Shown here in pieces: positions 1 through 14,858 of a stretch of 64,000 nucleotides of DNA (positions are counted from its first letter, which is position 1; each line of letters starts with the position of its first letter). A model generated the notes under the pieces. The model had not been told where the DNA came from and did no database searches. It worked only from the letters and a program-made list of their open reading frames with translations. Source of the DNA: Moniliella sp. 'wahieum'. Its lineage: Eukaryota. The position numbers were made by a program, and so were the translations under genes. The DNA lies in NCBI GenBank assembly GCA_003971905.1, contig RSEE01000080.1, positions 124,001 to 188,000 of the forward strand. The letters run 5' to 3'.

Positions 1-1799
1 GCACACTGGCGCCATGCGGCTCGTGCGACCGCTGGCGGGGGGTTGGTTTTCAGCTGCCCGCGCTAGCGCTACCCGCCACGCTCCATCCCGTGCCCCGCGG
101 CCCCATCCGCACCCCGCTTCCTCCCCCCTCTGGCCCGGCCGCGCCCCGTACGAGGGTAGCCGCTGCGCGCCGCTGGGAGGGGGTCCTCCGCGCCCCGTAC
201 GCGCACGCCCCCCTGCCTGTTGCCGCGGTCTGCGCGCACCGCGTCGGGCACGCGTGCGAACGGTGAAGGGTAACCGTCGAACGTCGGAAGGGTAGGAGGG
301 GGAGGCAACAGAGGACCAGAAAGTGATGCGTCTCTTCCATGATGCGTGTTGGAAGCAAGGCACCCCAGCCTGGGGCCACAGCCTAACCTGCATGGGGGTA
401 GGTGGGGCAGGAGCGCCCCATGAGATTCGATCACCTTTTGGTCGGCTTGGGATCTGCGAGCCGACGGCTCTCTACCATCCATACAGCCTGCAGGCACACA
501 CCAAACCGCGCCCGCCGCCCACTGTCCAGTACCTTCAGCCAAGAACACGGCCAACGTGTCGGGGGTTACAAGTGTACGCATCTGAGCGATCGGAGCCGCA
601 GGTCACCAGCCGCACGATTCGCTCCCCCATTGTGGTTGGGGCCCGTGCTGCGCCCGAGCGTCTCTTGCTGCAGTGGGTCAAACGAGGTGCCCGGCCGGGT
701 GGAGCAGGGAGGATATGCTGTTCAAGGCGACAGGGAGGACGGGACGCGGGACGTGTCTCCAGGAGGACTATAGTACTTGGGCAGCGCCCACGTTGTGCAT
801 AGTCGATGGCCGATGGTCGATGACCGAAGCGTCGTCCAGCTGCCTTTCCACTTGGCTTGGCCGCCGCCGAGGTTGAACGTTGGTGCGACCTGAATAGTGA
901 ATGCATGCCCTATTCATCATGCAGGCCGAGGTCGGAATCTGCGGTGTGCGTCGGAACCTGCGACGCAATCGTGTCGTCAGCAGACACGCTCGGCTTCGCG
1001 GGCGGCTCCCGTCGGACCGGTTGGCGCCGCAGCGGCGGCACATGCCACGCGTCGGAGCGACCAACACCTTTCGCGAGTGACTAGGACGGCATGAAGTTGG
1101 ACTGTGAGGGGTATCGAAGACCTTGGAGAGCCATGATGAGAGCAGCCCCAGTGCTTGGTATGGATGTGCGGGGCGGAGAACGACACTCTACTACTAGCGT
1201 CCTGCGACAAGGAGAAAAAAGAGAGCAGTTCAAAGCTGGCCGGCAGTTCCTCAGCATGCGTACTCTGACAGCTGTCCATGCGTAGGCAGGTGGACCCTCG
1301 GTGTTCAGTCTGGTCGCGGTGTAGGGCACGCGGAGCTGGGTGGGGACTCTTACCCGACACGTATCGAGTCCCGCCGGGAGCCGGGAGCGGCGCTGGGTTC
1401 TCATTGAGCTGTGGCGAGGCGTCTTTCGTGATGACGTTGATCGGCACCTGTTCCACCCATTGGGAGGCTTCTCGACTGCATCTTCTCGACGATTCCCCTG
1501 ACCTGCGCCTGAGGCCTGGCCTGTTGACAGGCATCCATCCCTTCGCCCTACGTACTGTTTTCCTCTCTTTGGCCTGGCCGACATCCTCCCTTCGAACAGG
1601 ATCCAGACTCTTAGTCCTACGGCTCCAATCCCATCTGGTTTCTGTAGGACATGCACCCGCCCGATGCGGCCGACCCATTGGTATGACTGCATAGGACGAT
1701 CGATAGAAGGCTTGGTTGGATGAGTGTGCAGTCTGGCTAGCTGTGTAGGACCCAGAAAGGCTCGATCCGCACGGCATGGCTTGCCTGGCCCAGATGCGC

Positions 1800-2653
<854 letters not shown>

Positions 2654-3124
2654 GGCGGGGCAGGGGCGGAGGGGAGCGCAGGCAGGGGAGGTGGAGGGAG
2701 GAGAAGGGAAGAAGAAGAAGGCTGGGAGCGGAGAAGAAAAGGCAAGCCAAGCCTCCCAAACGGCTGGCGCGACGGCGGGATTGCTGGGCGCCTTCGATGG
2801 CCATCCGCCGTGCCCGACGTCGTGCGGGCGGGGACAGTCTGTGTGCGCTGGGCCTGGGCTGCCGTGGCACGCCTGCGCACTGACCACACGCCACGTACCA
2901 CCACCCATCATGCATCATGCATCACCCACCACCCACGCCCGATGGCATCAGCCGTTTCAAATGTGCAATCTGATGCAGGCGGTTTGTGATGGCATCAGAC
3001 CGCTTACCTCAGCCGATGTCTTCATTTCAAGTTACAAACGGAGGTGTCGGCCGGCGGAAGAACCCATCGAACCCATCCAGGCAGGCCGCCTTGGCTGTCG
3101 CGGGCGCTGCCGCCGTCACCGAGG

Positions 3125-5700
3125 ATGCGCGTCGTGCGCACACCCTCCCGCGTTGTGCGATGGCCGCCCTGCCCCCCGCGCTTCCCTCCGGTGCGTCCCT
3201 CGTCTGCTGTGTCTTCCTGGCTGACCCGTCTTCTTCACGCCCGCCAGCCCCCGCCATGCCTCAGCACCTCCGCTCCACGCCCCTCTGCCCAGCGGCCCAG
3301 CCGTCCGCCGCGCCCCCTCCCGTGCGCCCCGACGATCTGCTGGCCACCGACGAGTCTGTCCACGACTTTGTTCGCGACATGCTCAGTGGGTTGGCACCTG
3401 CCCCTCCGCCCGCCCCTGTCCAGCCCGTGGGAGACAAGCAGGCGTCGGGCAACACCCGACCGGCGTCTGCGCCCCTCACCCCCACCCAACTACGCCAAAT
3501 AGAGATGGACACGGGCTTGAATGACGATCGCCCGCACGACCACCTCGACTTGCTCGATGCCCCGGAGCTTGCTTCCGCCCGCCGCAGCCCGCCGCGGCCC
3601 GTCCAGGTGGGGTTGGCACGCCCAACGGGTTTTTCCAGCCCATCCCGCCCAGGTGGGAACGGCAACTGCGCGACCGCATTGCCGCTGCGCTGGACCAGCT
3701 GGCCCAGGCCACCAGCACTACCACCCCCCCAGCCCACGCACTCTGCGTGCGGTTACAGACAAGGTCAACGACCTCACCACCCAGTTCCTACGCACCTGCC
3801 GCGACGCCCGTTACAGCCCCCGCTTCCCATTTCGCTCTACAAACCAAATGCTGGACGTGTACTGCGACGACGGCGGATGGGACCGCCAGTGCCGTCATAC
3901 CCGTACCTGGTCGGCTACCGTTCCAATGCCAGTGGTCCCGCTTTGTGGCCAAGCTTCCCCAGGGCACGGATGGCGTACCGGACGCAGGGTGGACTTGGAT
4001 TTGCCCGAGGGCATTCTATGCTTTACCAACCTCTTTTCCCACCTGATGGACCGGTCCGTGGCGCTCAACAGGCTCTCGCTTACGCTGTTGATCGAAGCGT
4101 TTGCACTCTATGCCGATGCCGACGCTGGTGCGCCCGTCGCGCTGGGCAGCCAGGTCACCTCGCTCCCAGCGTCGGGCGTGCCGCTCACTCTGGGTGGGCT
4201 CGGTGCCACGGGCCAGGCACGGTTGCGCGGCATAGGCCAAGCCTACTCTTTGCTCTTGGCCGCGGTTGCGCGCGACAATGTACCCAGTTCCCAGGTCATG
4301 TACGCCACCCTTCTCCAAGCCGCCGTTCTCACCAAGGAGGCCAAGATCGCCCTCGAGGTACTGGAGATCATGCAGGATCACATGATCGAGCCTCCGCTCG
4401 AGACGTACCTGAGTTTGGTTCGCATGGGGGGGGTGGACCTGCCCCTGGACCTGCCTCCCCCCCCGGCCCGGACGGATCGGCGAGCGGCGTGCCTGCCGCG
4501 GACGTGGGTGCGCAGCAACGGGTGGTCAACAAGGCCTATCGCCACCTCGTCGCTTGGCAGCGTCTGCTTACCGACGAAACCAAGACCGAGGCGGTACGTA
4601 CGTACATGCTGCAAGCGCTGTTGCAGCGCGACCTACTTCGTGCTGGCCAAACCGTCCACCGCCTCCTGCACCGCATCGACCCGCGCCTCGCCAGCCCCTT
4701 TTGTCCCCCCCCCCGGGGCGCAGGGGGGACGATCGAGCTGCCGCCCGAGGCCGAGCCCACCGTGTTGGCCGACTTTGTCATGGGCCTCTTGCACAACCAC
4801 GAGTTTTTCCTCGCCTTTGACTGGCTCCAGGCCGCGGGCCAAACCGACCTGGCGCGCAGCGCCCAGTTCGGTCAGCTGGTCACCCGCGCCACGCTCGTCA
4901 CCTTGTCCTACTTGCACACCTACCCGATCCAGGCCGACGCGTGGCTCCCCGAGCGCGCTGAGGCGCTGCTGCAGCCCGTCGCGGAGCACAACCCGGTCGC
5001 AGCCAGGCTGCTGGGCTTGCTTTTGGTGCAGCACCGCACGTGGGAGCTGAACCGACTGCAAGGTGTGCGCGCGCGTGGCACATCGGCCCCGTTCCGAACG
5101 CTAAGTGGACTGCACCTTTGCCACCACCTGCGCGCCATCACGCCCTGGATCCTGCGCGTCGCGCAGTACCTCGGCGTATCGCGCGCGACGCTCGCGCCGC
5201 TCCTGTGTCTGCGGCTGGAGCATGGCGAGGCGGCGCCCGCGCTGGCGCTCTGGCTCGGCCTGCTGCGCCCCGACGCGCTCGGGAGATGCGCGACGATCGA
5301 GAGACAATAGCCAAGCTGTATGCGCAAGGCTCCTGCCTCCGCACCGCTCTCACCGAGCCTATCTGGGCCGCCGTCCTGCCCGAGCACAAGATCGCCTGGA
5401 CCAGTCCCTCACCCAGCTGCACCACTCCTCCACCAGCCTGGCGAAGCGGCAGCACCAACTCCAGCGACCGCAAGTCCAGACCGCCAAGGGGTTAGCGAAA
5501 CGGACCGGTCTAGCACGCTCCTGTACGAGGCAGGGGAGCAAACCACCGCCATGCCGGCCGCGGTGGAGGCACTGATGGCCGTGCTGGCCCGAGGGGAAGA
5601 AGCTAGTGCGGAAGTGCGGCATGCGGCGCTTTCGAGCCTACGGGGCGGGGCCGCGTGTGCCCGCCGCGCCGCTGGTCGACACTAGGACCGAGGCGCACGT
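3125..5700 (+). CDS. Hypothetical helical-repeat (PPR-like) protein, possibly mitochondrial; boundaries uncertain
   Basis: Long coding-like ORFs with frame switches. One clear PPR-like 35-aa unit, VMYATLLQAAVLTKEAKIALEVLEIMQDHMIEPPLETYLSLVRM (~4295-4425). Probable intron 3191-3247 (GTGCGT...GCTGAC...CAG). Confidence 0.45.
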
Positions 5701-7102
5701 GCGCCATCTCGCCCAGGCGCGGAAGGAGGTCCATGTCTCGCACGTGGCGTGGCGCGTGTGCCAGCGGCGCTTGCGGCACGTCCGGGCCCATCTCGGGCGC
5801 AGCCGCACCGCCTCTCGCCCGCGTCCGTGCCGAGGTTACGCCCTCGCCTACGCTCAAGGGCAAGGCCAGTCGCGCACACGCACCGCGCGAATCGGTATGC
5901 GCATGCGTCGCGTTTGGCCCCGCCCCGGGCGTGGACCGCGCTCCAGGCGCAAGAACGCGCGGGGTGCGCGTCGCCAGGGCCGGCGCGCGGCTGCATTGGG
6001 CCCGGGCGCGTTGGCCCGCATCCAGCCGCGCGCCGGCCCGAGCTTGCCAAGGCGCCGGCCAGCGAGGAGGGGCCGGTCGGGGTAGATCGGGCTGCCCGGG
6101 ATAGCATCTGGTGTGGGCAGCGCTGCCCCCTGAGGAATCGCAATGCTTGCGCTGGGTTGGGTGTGTGCCGGGAGCAGGGTAGGTTGGTGGAGGATGCGCT
6201 GGTTCGTAGCAATGATAGATGGAGAGCACACGACAGAGTGATAGAGGGACGCGTGGGACGGGTGAGGGCGATGGGTGATGCGTCTGACGCGCGGGGCCGG
6301 GCGGCTTACGTCACAGGGGGGTGTGGGTGGGGACGCGCACTGGCGCCGTGCGGGCGGCCGGGGCGGGGGCGGCGGCAGGGGGCAGTGTGGTGGCGCGGTG
6401 CTGCTCGCACAGCGTAGGCGTTGGTGGGTTACTCTTGCCTTGGAGGCCTCCATCAAGCTAGCATCCACCCCCATCACCACCACCTCCACCACACACCCTC
6501 ATCCCCCTCCCGCCCATGCCCCCCGCCCCCCCGGCTGCGGCCGCCGTGGCCGTGGCCCCTCGGGCCCCACGCGCCCTTCGCCTACGCCCCGCCCCCCGCC
6601 CGCGCTTTGCGTACGACCAGCCCGCCGCCAGCTCCATGTACGAGCCCCAGCTCCCCCGCCCCCGCCACCCCCACCTCGGCCCGCCCGCGCGCCTTCAGCG
6701 AGCTCCCCGCCTCCGCCGCCGCATCCGCCCCCGCCCAACATCCACCCGCGCCAGCACACCTTGACACCATCTCCTCCTGCAGCCCCCTCCGCCTCCAAAC
6801 CCCCTGCCCCCGCCCTCGCCCAGCTTCGTCGAGCACCTCCTCCCCTCTTCCTCCCCGCGCCTCCCCGGCACCAATCCGCCCGCGCCAGCCGCTCCTGCCT
6901 GGTCGCCCGCGTCTCCTTCCAGCCCTGCTCCGCCACCCCGTCCTACTCCCACTCCTCGCCCCGCCCGCAGCCAGTCCCCGCACTGCGTCACCCCCCTCCT
7001 CTGCTGCTGCTGCTGCCCCCCGCCTCCGCGCTCGGCGGCCTACCAGGGCTATGCCCACGCACCGGATGCCGCCGCGTCGCAACTCCCTGGAGCTCCCACA
7101 CC

Positions 7103-10100
7103 ATGTATGCTCCCGCCCGGCCCACTCGACCAGCGGCCAAGCATGCGGTGGAGCCGCGCACGAGCGCATCCCCTCCCCTCTCCCTATTCGCGCGCGCCAC
7201 CGAGCTGCACCGCCCCTCGAGCGCACTCGGCCTGGGGTCCTACCTTCCGACCCGTCCTCGGCGGCGCCCATGCAAGAACCAAGCGGCAGCTTTACTCCCT
7301 ACCTTCCGCGCCCGACCCCGCCGCCTCTCGTTGGCTCCACCCCTCGCCTCTGCCCGCTCTGGCTCAGCAATGGCGATGGCGATGGCCGACCCGGATTCCA
7401 GCAGCCCCGTCCGCGCCTCGTCCTCAATGGCCCTCCATGCCCATGGCTCCCCGGCCATGGCCTGACATCGAAACGCACCCGTTTCCTAGCCAGCATGTCC
7501 CGCGCAGTCCGCACCTGTACGGACCGCGGAGCAGTTCGTCAGACGAACGAGGCGCGGCGGCGCCCGCGAACAATGGGCTTGGTCGGTCCCAGCGTGTCCA
7601 CCTCGGCCTCGTACCGGCCAGCTTGCGTCTGCGTCGCCCAAGCGGCCCTCGGGCCTCGCTGGTCGGCTTGTCTGACTCTTCCTCCTCCAGCCTCTGCCTC
7701 GGCGGTCGGGCGAGAAAGGGCCCGACAAGCATGGTCGACCAGGGTCCAATTCTTCCGCCGCACCCGTGTGCCCGGGCCAAGAAACGCCAAGCGAAGCGGC
7801 CTCCTCGACGCAAGCCCGCGTTCAGGCTCAGGCCAGGCCCAGGCCCAGGCCCAGGCTCAGGCTCATGCCATGCCCACGCCCAGGCTCAGGCTCAAGCTCG
7901 CGCACAGGCAACAGGCTGAAGCGCAAGCCAAGCCCAAGCTCACGCGCAAGCTCAAGCTCATGCCCATGATCAAGCGCAAGCTCATGCCAAGCTCAAGCCC
8001 ATGCCCAAGCGCAAGCGCAAGCGCACGCCCATGCTCAGGCTCAGGCCCAAGCTAGCGCTCAAGCCAAGCGCAAGCTCGAGAACAGGCCCAAGCCAAAGTT
8101 CGCGCCACCTCCATTCACAGTGGCAGCGCAAGCGCAAACGGGCAAAGGCTATGTCTACGCTCAACCCTCTGTCCCAGCCCATTCGAACCATACGCTCACG
8201 AACACGCCCTCCCCTCCCCACCTATTCTACGACACCCATGCCGGCAGTGCCTTTGCCCCCCCGCCCGCACGTCCCCCGCCCCACCAGGAATACGTCGGCT
8301 TCCACTTCCAACTCGGGCTTTTCTGCCGGCAACCGCAACTCGAGGGGGACGTCACTAGGTGTATCCGCCTCGCCTGGCACCAACTTTACCGCTTCCCAGC
8401 TTCCGAAGAGCGGGGGGAACTGTATTCGTCCGACGAGGGGCACATCAGGGGTTGAGGGACGGGGTGCCCTACCCGATTACCCCGGCTCGATCGTCCAATC
8501 ATCGCTAACGTTACCGTTAGGAACTGGGGAGGGACGGGCCTTGCCCAATCCGACACCGCCCTATGCCGGGCGCCGCCCAGCGTCGGCGACCGGCTCGAAC
8601 CATGTGTACAGTGGAGCCACGCCGCAGCCGGCTCGTCCTACGTCGGGCTCCTCAGATCCGTACCATGCCAAGCGTCATCGCCGCCCCGACACGGCACCTG
8701 GAGCGCCTACCACTCACCACACTGGTACCACGACCAGTCGCGTGCTCCGCCTGCTGAACTCACCGCGCCCGATGGCCAAGAGCACCTCAAGATCCAGGTG
8801 ACGACCAATGGACAAAACTTTACCGTTGTCGACATTACAAGTCTGGGTGCGGCAGCGGACATCAAACGGAAAATGATGGAGGCGTTAGGTATGTGATTTC
8901 CTTTGGTGTTGGTGTTGGTGTGTGGTGTTGGTGTTGGTGTTGGCTTTTTTGTTTTGCCTTTGGCTTTGAAACTGACTGTATCTGCTTGCCAAGGTCTGCC
9001 TGAAACGGCATTTGATCGGCTCACCGTTCGCCAAACGGGATTGGGGATTGACGCCTATCGCTCAGATCCTCTGGACGACACGGACCTGATCGTCAACTGT
9101 CTCGGGCAGGGCGATGCGGATGGCTCGCTGAAATTCTTTGTTGCCACCGACGCGCAAGAGCTGCAGGATCGCAAGGGTCGACAAGAACGCGAAATCGCCG
9201 AACGCAACCGCGCGGGACTGTATTCTGGCATGACAACCCCTCCTCATCGTGGCGGTGGCTTCCCCATTGGAGTGGCCAACCAAGCCAATGCGCACCTGGC
9301 CTCGCCTGGCGCGCGGCCCACGACAGCACCCCTCCAGCCTGCTCGTCGGCACGTATGGTCCTGCCGCCTCTTCGGCCGGCGCACTCCCACCTGGCCGTCC
9401 ATCGGTCGCGACCTTGGTGCACTACTCGCCGCACAACAAGGACGAGGGTGCGCGCTCTGCTGCACCAGCACCGGGCACCATGCCTGGCTACCGCTCTGCC
9501 TATCCACCTGGTACCGCGCCTACCTGGACAGCACAGGGCGGAGTGTTAGCTGACCCAACCAATTCTCCTCCGCTCGTGCGGCCGCCCGTACCACGCACGG
9601 TGCCAAGCAACGGTGCAGCGCGTTCCCCGTCCTCGGGCTTGTCGGGCTGGGGCAGCGTAGCACCAGGTCCTGCGCCTGGTCCGACCGGCGATTGGGGCGT
9701 GAACGAACTGGGAGAGATGGTGCCGCCGCGATCACAGTTCCTGACGGACGCGGGGGACCAAATGACCTTGCAGCACCTCTTGACCCACGGTACCAACGTC
9801 CCGCTCGAAGTGGGTGGGACGGGGCAGCAGGCACTTGGATCCCAAGCTGGCCAACGCTCGCCCCACTGGGCGCACCCCGCTGTCCACCCCGCTGCCCACC
9901 CCGCCCCCTTGCCCAGCCACGGTGCCACACCTCGCTTGCCCAAGGTAAAGGATCCCCACGGGGACCGCGGCGCGGCACACGCACACCCACACCCACACCC
10001 ACATGCACACCCGCACGCACAGCCGTCCCACCGTCGCTCTCGCTCTCGCTCGACACGCCCCGATCCGCCCTGCGCCTGCCCCTGCGCCTGCCCCTGCGCC

Positions 10101-13100
10101 TGCGCCTGCTCCGGCTCCGGCTCCGGCTCCGGCTCCGCCGCGCAACTTGCCCCCCACACCCACATCCACCACCGCGCCCACCTCGTTGCCTCGCTTTCCC
10201 TCGCGCCCGCGTCCACCGCCGGCGGCTCCCCGGCCCCGCCGCCCGTGCCGCCCCCTCCCGAAGCGCCTCGGCGCCTGCCTCTCACGCCGGACCTGGCCCA
10301 CTCGCCCCACCCGCTCGCCGCGCGCCCGCCGCCGCCGCTGCCTCTTCCGATTGCTGCTTCTGCTTCTGCTTCTGCTTCTGCTGGTGGTGGTGCTACTGGT
10401 GCATGTGCGTCCGCACGTCCCATGTCGGGGGACAAGAGCGAACTGGGCGGGATCAGTTCCTCGCTTTCCTCAGCGTCGATATCTGATGCGGACGAGTCGG
10501 AACTGTTCCAGCCCGTGTCGGCCACAGCTCCATCTCGGACCGCGACAGCGAGACGAAACGTCATTCGCGCCCGCTTAGCCCAGCCTCGCCGTACTCCCTT
10601 ACTCGCCTCACGTCCCCCGCGCCCCCGCCGCGTGCGCGCTTGGCCCCCCCGCCCCACTGTCGCCTCTGTCCCTTCTTCTGTCGCTTCCGTCCCTTCTTCT
10701 GTCGCTTCGGTCCCTGCTTCGGTCCCCGCTTCGGTCCCCTCGGCCCCGTTGGCCGCCTTGCCCGCATGGTCGCACCCCAGCGTACCCCGTTCTGGCGAAG
10801 ACGCCGACGCCGACCCCGCGCTGGCTGACCGCACGGCCCTGCTTCCCCTGCGTGGCTTGACGGGCGGGTCGGACGAGTCGAACAAAACGAATGGGACGGT
10901 CGGACCGAGTCTGGTGGGCCCCACGTTCGACACGGCCCACGACCGCCCCACCGTCACCGCCAAAGACGACGATTACGACGACCCAGGCGCCGGCACAGCG
11001 TTGATTGGCTCGCTCTTGTCGCCTGCTACTGAGGCAGGCAGCGAGCCCGAGGCCGAGACCACCCCCACGCCCGTCGGTCCAACCCCGCAGCCCCGGCCCA
11101 GGTCCCACCCCACCCCGCCTCCCCTCGCTGGCCCGCCGACGCTCCCGTACGGGAGCACGAACCGGCCCCGGTCCCGGTGCAAGTGCAGGAGCAGCAGCCG
11201 GAGCAAGCGTTCGAGGAACCGGGGCGTGCGTTGCAAGAGTCGGATGCCTTCACTTTGTACCCCCCGTCCGAGTTGCCCGATGCCAGTGATCCTACCGTCT
11301 TGCTGTCCGACCCGCGCCAGGCTGCCGTGGCGGCACAGCTGAAGCAACTGCAGGCCGAGGCGGAGCTCAAGGAGCAAACGCGCAAACGGGAGCAAGAACA
11401 GGAGCAGGAACCGAAGCAGAAACAGGAGCTGGAACAGAACACGCAACAGGAACAGGAACAGGAACAGGAACAGGAACAGAAATGGGAGTTCCAAGAGACT
11501 GATGGCTTCACTTTCTACCCCCCGTCCGAGTTGCCCGATGCCAATGACCCTACCGTCTTGCTCTCCGACCCGCGCCAGGCTGCCGTCGTGGCGCAGCTGA
11601 AGCAACTGCAGGCTGAGGCGGAGCTCAGGAGCAACGCGCAAACGGGGGCAAGAACATGAGCAGGAACCGAATCAGAAGCAGAAACAGGAGCTGGAACAGA
11701 ACACGGAACGGGAACAGAAATGGGAGTTCCAAGAGACCGATGGCTTCACTTTCTACCCCCCGTCCGAGTTGCCCGATGCAAGTGACCCTACCGTCTTGCT
11801 GTCCGACCCGCCCAGGCCGCCGTGGCGGCGCAGCTGAAGCAACTGCAGGCCGAGGCGGAACTCAAGGAGCAGGAGCGGGAGCGACAAGTAAAGGATGAGG
11901 GCGTGTCTACGCCCTCGCCTTTGTATGGCCAAGATGCGGAGGATGTGTTTTCGCCTCTGAAGCAGCCGATCGCCGACGTGAGCTTGCCCCCCCGTAACCC
12001 GAACCCGCAGCCTCACGAATCCATGCGTCCCACCGCTGTGAATGCCGTGGAAAACGCGGATGGGTTTACACTTTATCCTGATGACGACCTGCCCGGCGCT
12101 GATGACCCAACGGTGCGGATGGACGATCCTCGACAAGAACGGCTACGCACCACTTTCCAGGAGAACTCGGCCGCGGCGACGATGGCCCAGAGCCAAGGGG
12201 CCTCAGATGCTTTACCATCTTTTCCGATGAGGATTTGCCCGATGTGACGGACGCGACCGTCCAGGTGAATGGCAAGCCGCTTCTTGCGCCTGAGCCTGAC
12301 TCGCATTCGCCCGAGAGAAGGGCTCAGCGTTTGTCGACGCCAGAGCCGGACGCGACGGCGCAAGACTTCTGGATGGCGCCAGATGCGTTGGCCAAGGAGG
12401 ATCGCCGGTTACGCCACTTGGTGCCCACGTACGAAGATACGCCTCCTAACCCGGTCGCTGGTGCGCCGGCTGTGACGAGCGTTGCTGCTCACCCCGCTCT
12501 TCGCATCGATACGCGTCTGGATACCATCTCTGCCGTCCCGGGTCTGGCTCCGATCACGAGTGCGGATGGCGAGTCGAGCCCCCTGACCGGCCTCGGCTCT
12601 TCGTCCGGAGCGATGAACTCGCCTGGCACACTAGAGGAGGAACTTGGCTCGGACGATTGGGCCATGCGTCCGACCCAGGAAGCGCTCTACAACCACCTCG
12701 AAGAAATCTTCCCCGAGCACGACCTAGACAAACCGGTGATCGAACCCCCGGCGCCGACTCGCCCACCGCGCTCGAACATCCCACCATCGTCCCCGGTTCC
12801 AGTGCGATCGCCAAACCGCCTTCCTCGGCCCGGATCAAGTCGCCCAATCCACCTGCTGAACGCGAGCCCAAGATGACGGCACCGCCTCCGTCGGCGTGGA
12901 ACCGAGGCGAGGGTTCAGGTTCAGGTTCTGGCCCTGGCTCCGGCTCCGGGTCCGGCTCGGCCCCAGGCTTGGGGTCAGGCTCGGGTTCGGGTTCGGGTTC
13001 GGGCTCGGGTTTGGGGCCCGGCATGGGGGGGCCTGGGAGCGGTGCGCTGCTCCGTCCCAGCAAGTCGATTCGTGGTGTGGCGCGGGACCGGATGCGGGAC

Positions 13101-14367
13101 ATGGACCGTGCCAACCGAGCTGGGGCCAACATGGGCGGTGCAGTTATCCGTCGGCGGAGCACGCGGATGTGGGGTGCACGTACGCGTGAAGTTCGGCCCG
13201 GCGCGTCGTTTGCTGAGATTCATGGGAACCATCGAAACGGTCGTGACAAAAAGCTGACGGATGTGCCTACGTTTGTGGGCCAAGGGTGGCTTGATTGGCA
13301 GTGGCAACTATGGCCAGGTGTTCCATGCGATGAACTTGACGACGGGGGAGATGTTGGCGGTGAAGCAGGTCGAACTCCCCGACCCGCTCCGACTTGGCCA
13401 GCAAAATCGCCAAAACCTCGTCAACGCTCTCGAGTCGGAAATTGAGACGCTCAAGGTATTGGATCACCCAACAACATTGTGTCCTACCTTGGCTTTGAGC
13501 GCTCGAACGGCTTCCTCTCGATTTTCCTCGAATACGTGCCCGGTGGGTCGATCGGGTCGTGCTTGCGCCAGCACGGCAAGTTGGAGGAACCTACGGTGGC
13601 CTACTTTACGCGTCAGATCCTCGACGGGCTCAAGTACCTTCACCAAAACCGCCTCTTCCATCGTGACATTAAGGCGGACAACATCCTTGTCGACTACGAT
13701 GGCTTTTGCAAAATCTCCGACTTTGGCACAGTTCGCTACTCGGACGACATTTACAACGACGTTGCCGGCATGTCCATCCAGGGCTCCGTCTTTTGGATGG
13801 CCCCCGAGGTGGCGGCCCTCACTTCCCGAGGCTACTCTGCCAAGGCGGACATCTGGAGTCTTGGCTGTATGGTACTGGAGATGTTTGCGGGCGAACGGCC
13901 CTGGTCGCACCAAGAAATGATTCAGGCCTTGATCTCGGTATGTTTGCGGCCTTGGCCCTGCTCCCTCCTTTCCTCTTGCTTGTCTACGGATGGCTTGCTG
14001 ACCTGACCTGACCTGACCTGGGATGCAGATTGGCCGCTCGCAACTGCCGCCGCCGGTGCCCGAAGGGGTGCGGATGTCCAAGTTGGCACGAAACTTTTTG
14101 GAGCATTGCCATGCCATCGACCCGGAAAAACGGCCGACGGCCGAAAAACTCTTGACCCACGTCTTCCCCCACCACATCCCGGCCGGGTGGACGTTCCAGT
14201 CGAGCAAGCTGTATCGCGCGATTGCTCGCAAGCCCACTCTTCGGTCCAAGACCCGCCGCCGGCTTCCGCAGCGCGGGCCCCCGTCTGCGTCGGCGGAGGC
14301 GCCTGCCACCTCACTCCCGCGCCCCGTTCAGGCCAGTTCGCTTTCCGGCTCCAACGAGGGCGAGTAA
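7103..14367 (+). CDS. BCK1: STE11-family MAP kinase kinase kinase, Bck1/Mkh1 type (cell-wall integrity); start uncertain
   Basis: Kinase motifs [43 protein letters not shown] and DIWSLGC (13275-14150). Bck1-type upstream motifs [33 protein letters not shown] and [15 protein letters not shown]...[11 protein letters not shown]. Introns ~8888-8992 and 13938-14028. Several indels. Confidence 0.9.
11234..12145 (+). repeat. Intragenic tandem repeat in BCK1: three ~240-260 bp units plus one diverged copy
   Basis: Units begin at 11234, 11492 and 11730 (CAAGAG...TTCACTTT.TACCCCCCGTCCGAGTTGCCCGATGC) and encode FT(L/F)[37 protein letters not shown]. Diverged copy [24 protein letters not shown] at ~12065-12135. 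Confidence 0.92.
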
Positions 14368-14858
14368 CCCACACCACACCACACTCCCCCTTGGCTCTTT
14401 GGCACTCTCTTTGGCACTCGTTTGGCCTAGTTCCCCTTGTCATAACCCCCCTTTCGTCTTTTGTCCCTCTGAGCATCCACCTTCTTTGCCCTTTTCCTGA
14501 TGATCCCTTGTCCTGTCTCTCTTGACTCGCCTATCCATTTCCTGCCCGCTCACAGACGCAAATGTCCTGCTAGTGGCCCAAGTCGGGTGGGGGAACGAGA
14601 GTACGGCCTAGCATTCCTTCATGTCCTGGTCTAGACATGCTTTTCTACCCAACCCTCCTCACTACCACAGCCCATGAACAAGGGCTCCCATGGGGGAGAG
14701 GATGCTTGCAACCTCGCGCGACAAGCACGGGTACCTACCGTAGCAGTGGCGCTTGTTCGGGTCGGGGCTCAACGTTCATCCTGAGCTCAGCCCAATCCCA
14801 AAGAAATGCACCTACCATTTGTGCGGCATCTCTGGAGGGACCCCCCTTCGCGCCTTCA

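Noticed and set aside
1..1790. ORFs of 100-290 aa at the window start
   Set aside because: No recognisable motif, consistent strand or splice pattern, so a gene call cannot be supported.
5600..11000. Many long overlapping Pro/Arg/Ala-rich ORFs on both strands
   Set aside because: Expected from high GC and low stop density. They are shadows of the BCK1 low-complexity N-terminus and neighbouring sequence.
11234..11900. Repeat-spacer pattern as a CRISPR-like array
   Set aside because: Units are ~250 bp, coding and in a eukaryotic gene, the spacers are related EQ-coding tracts, and there are no cas genes.
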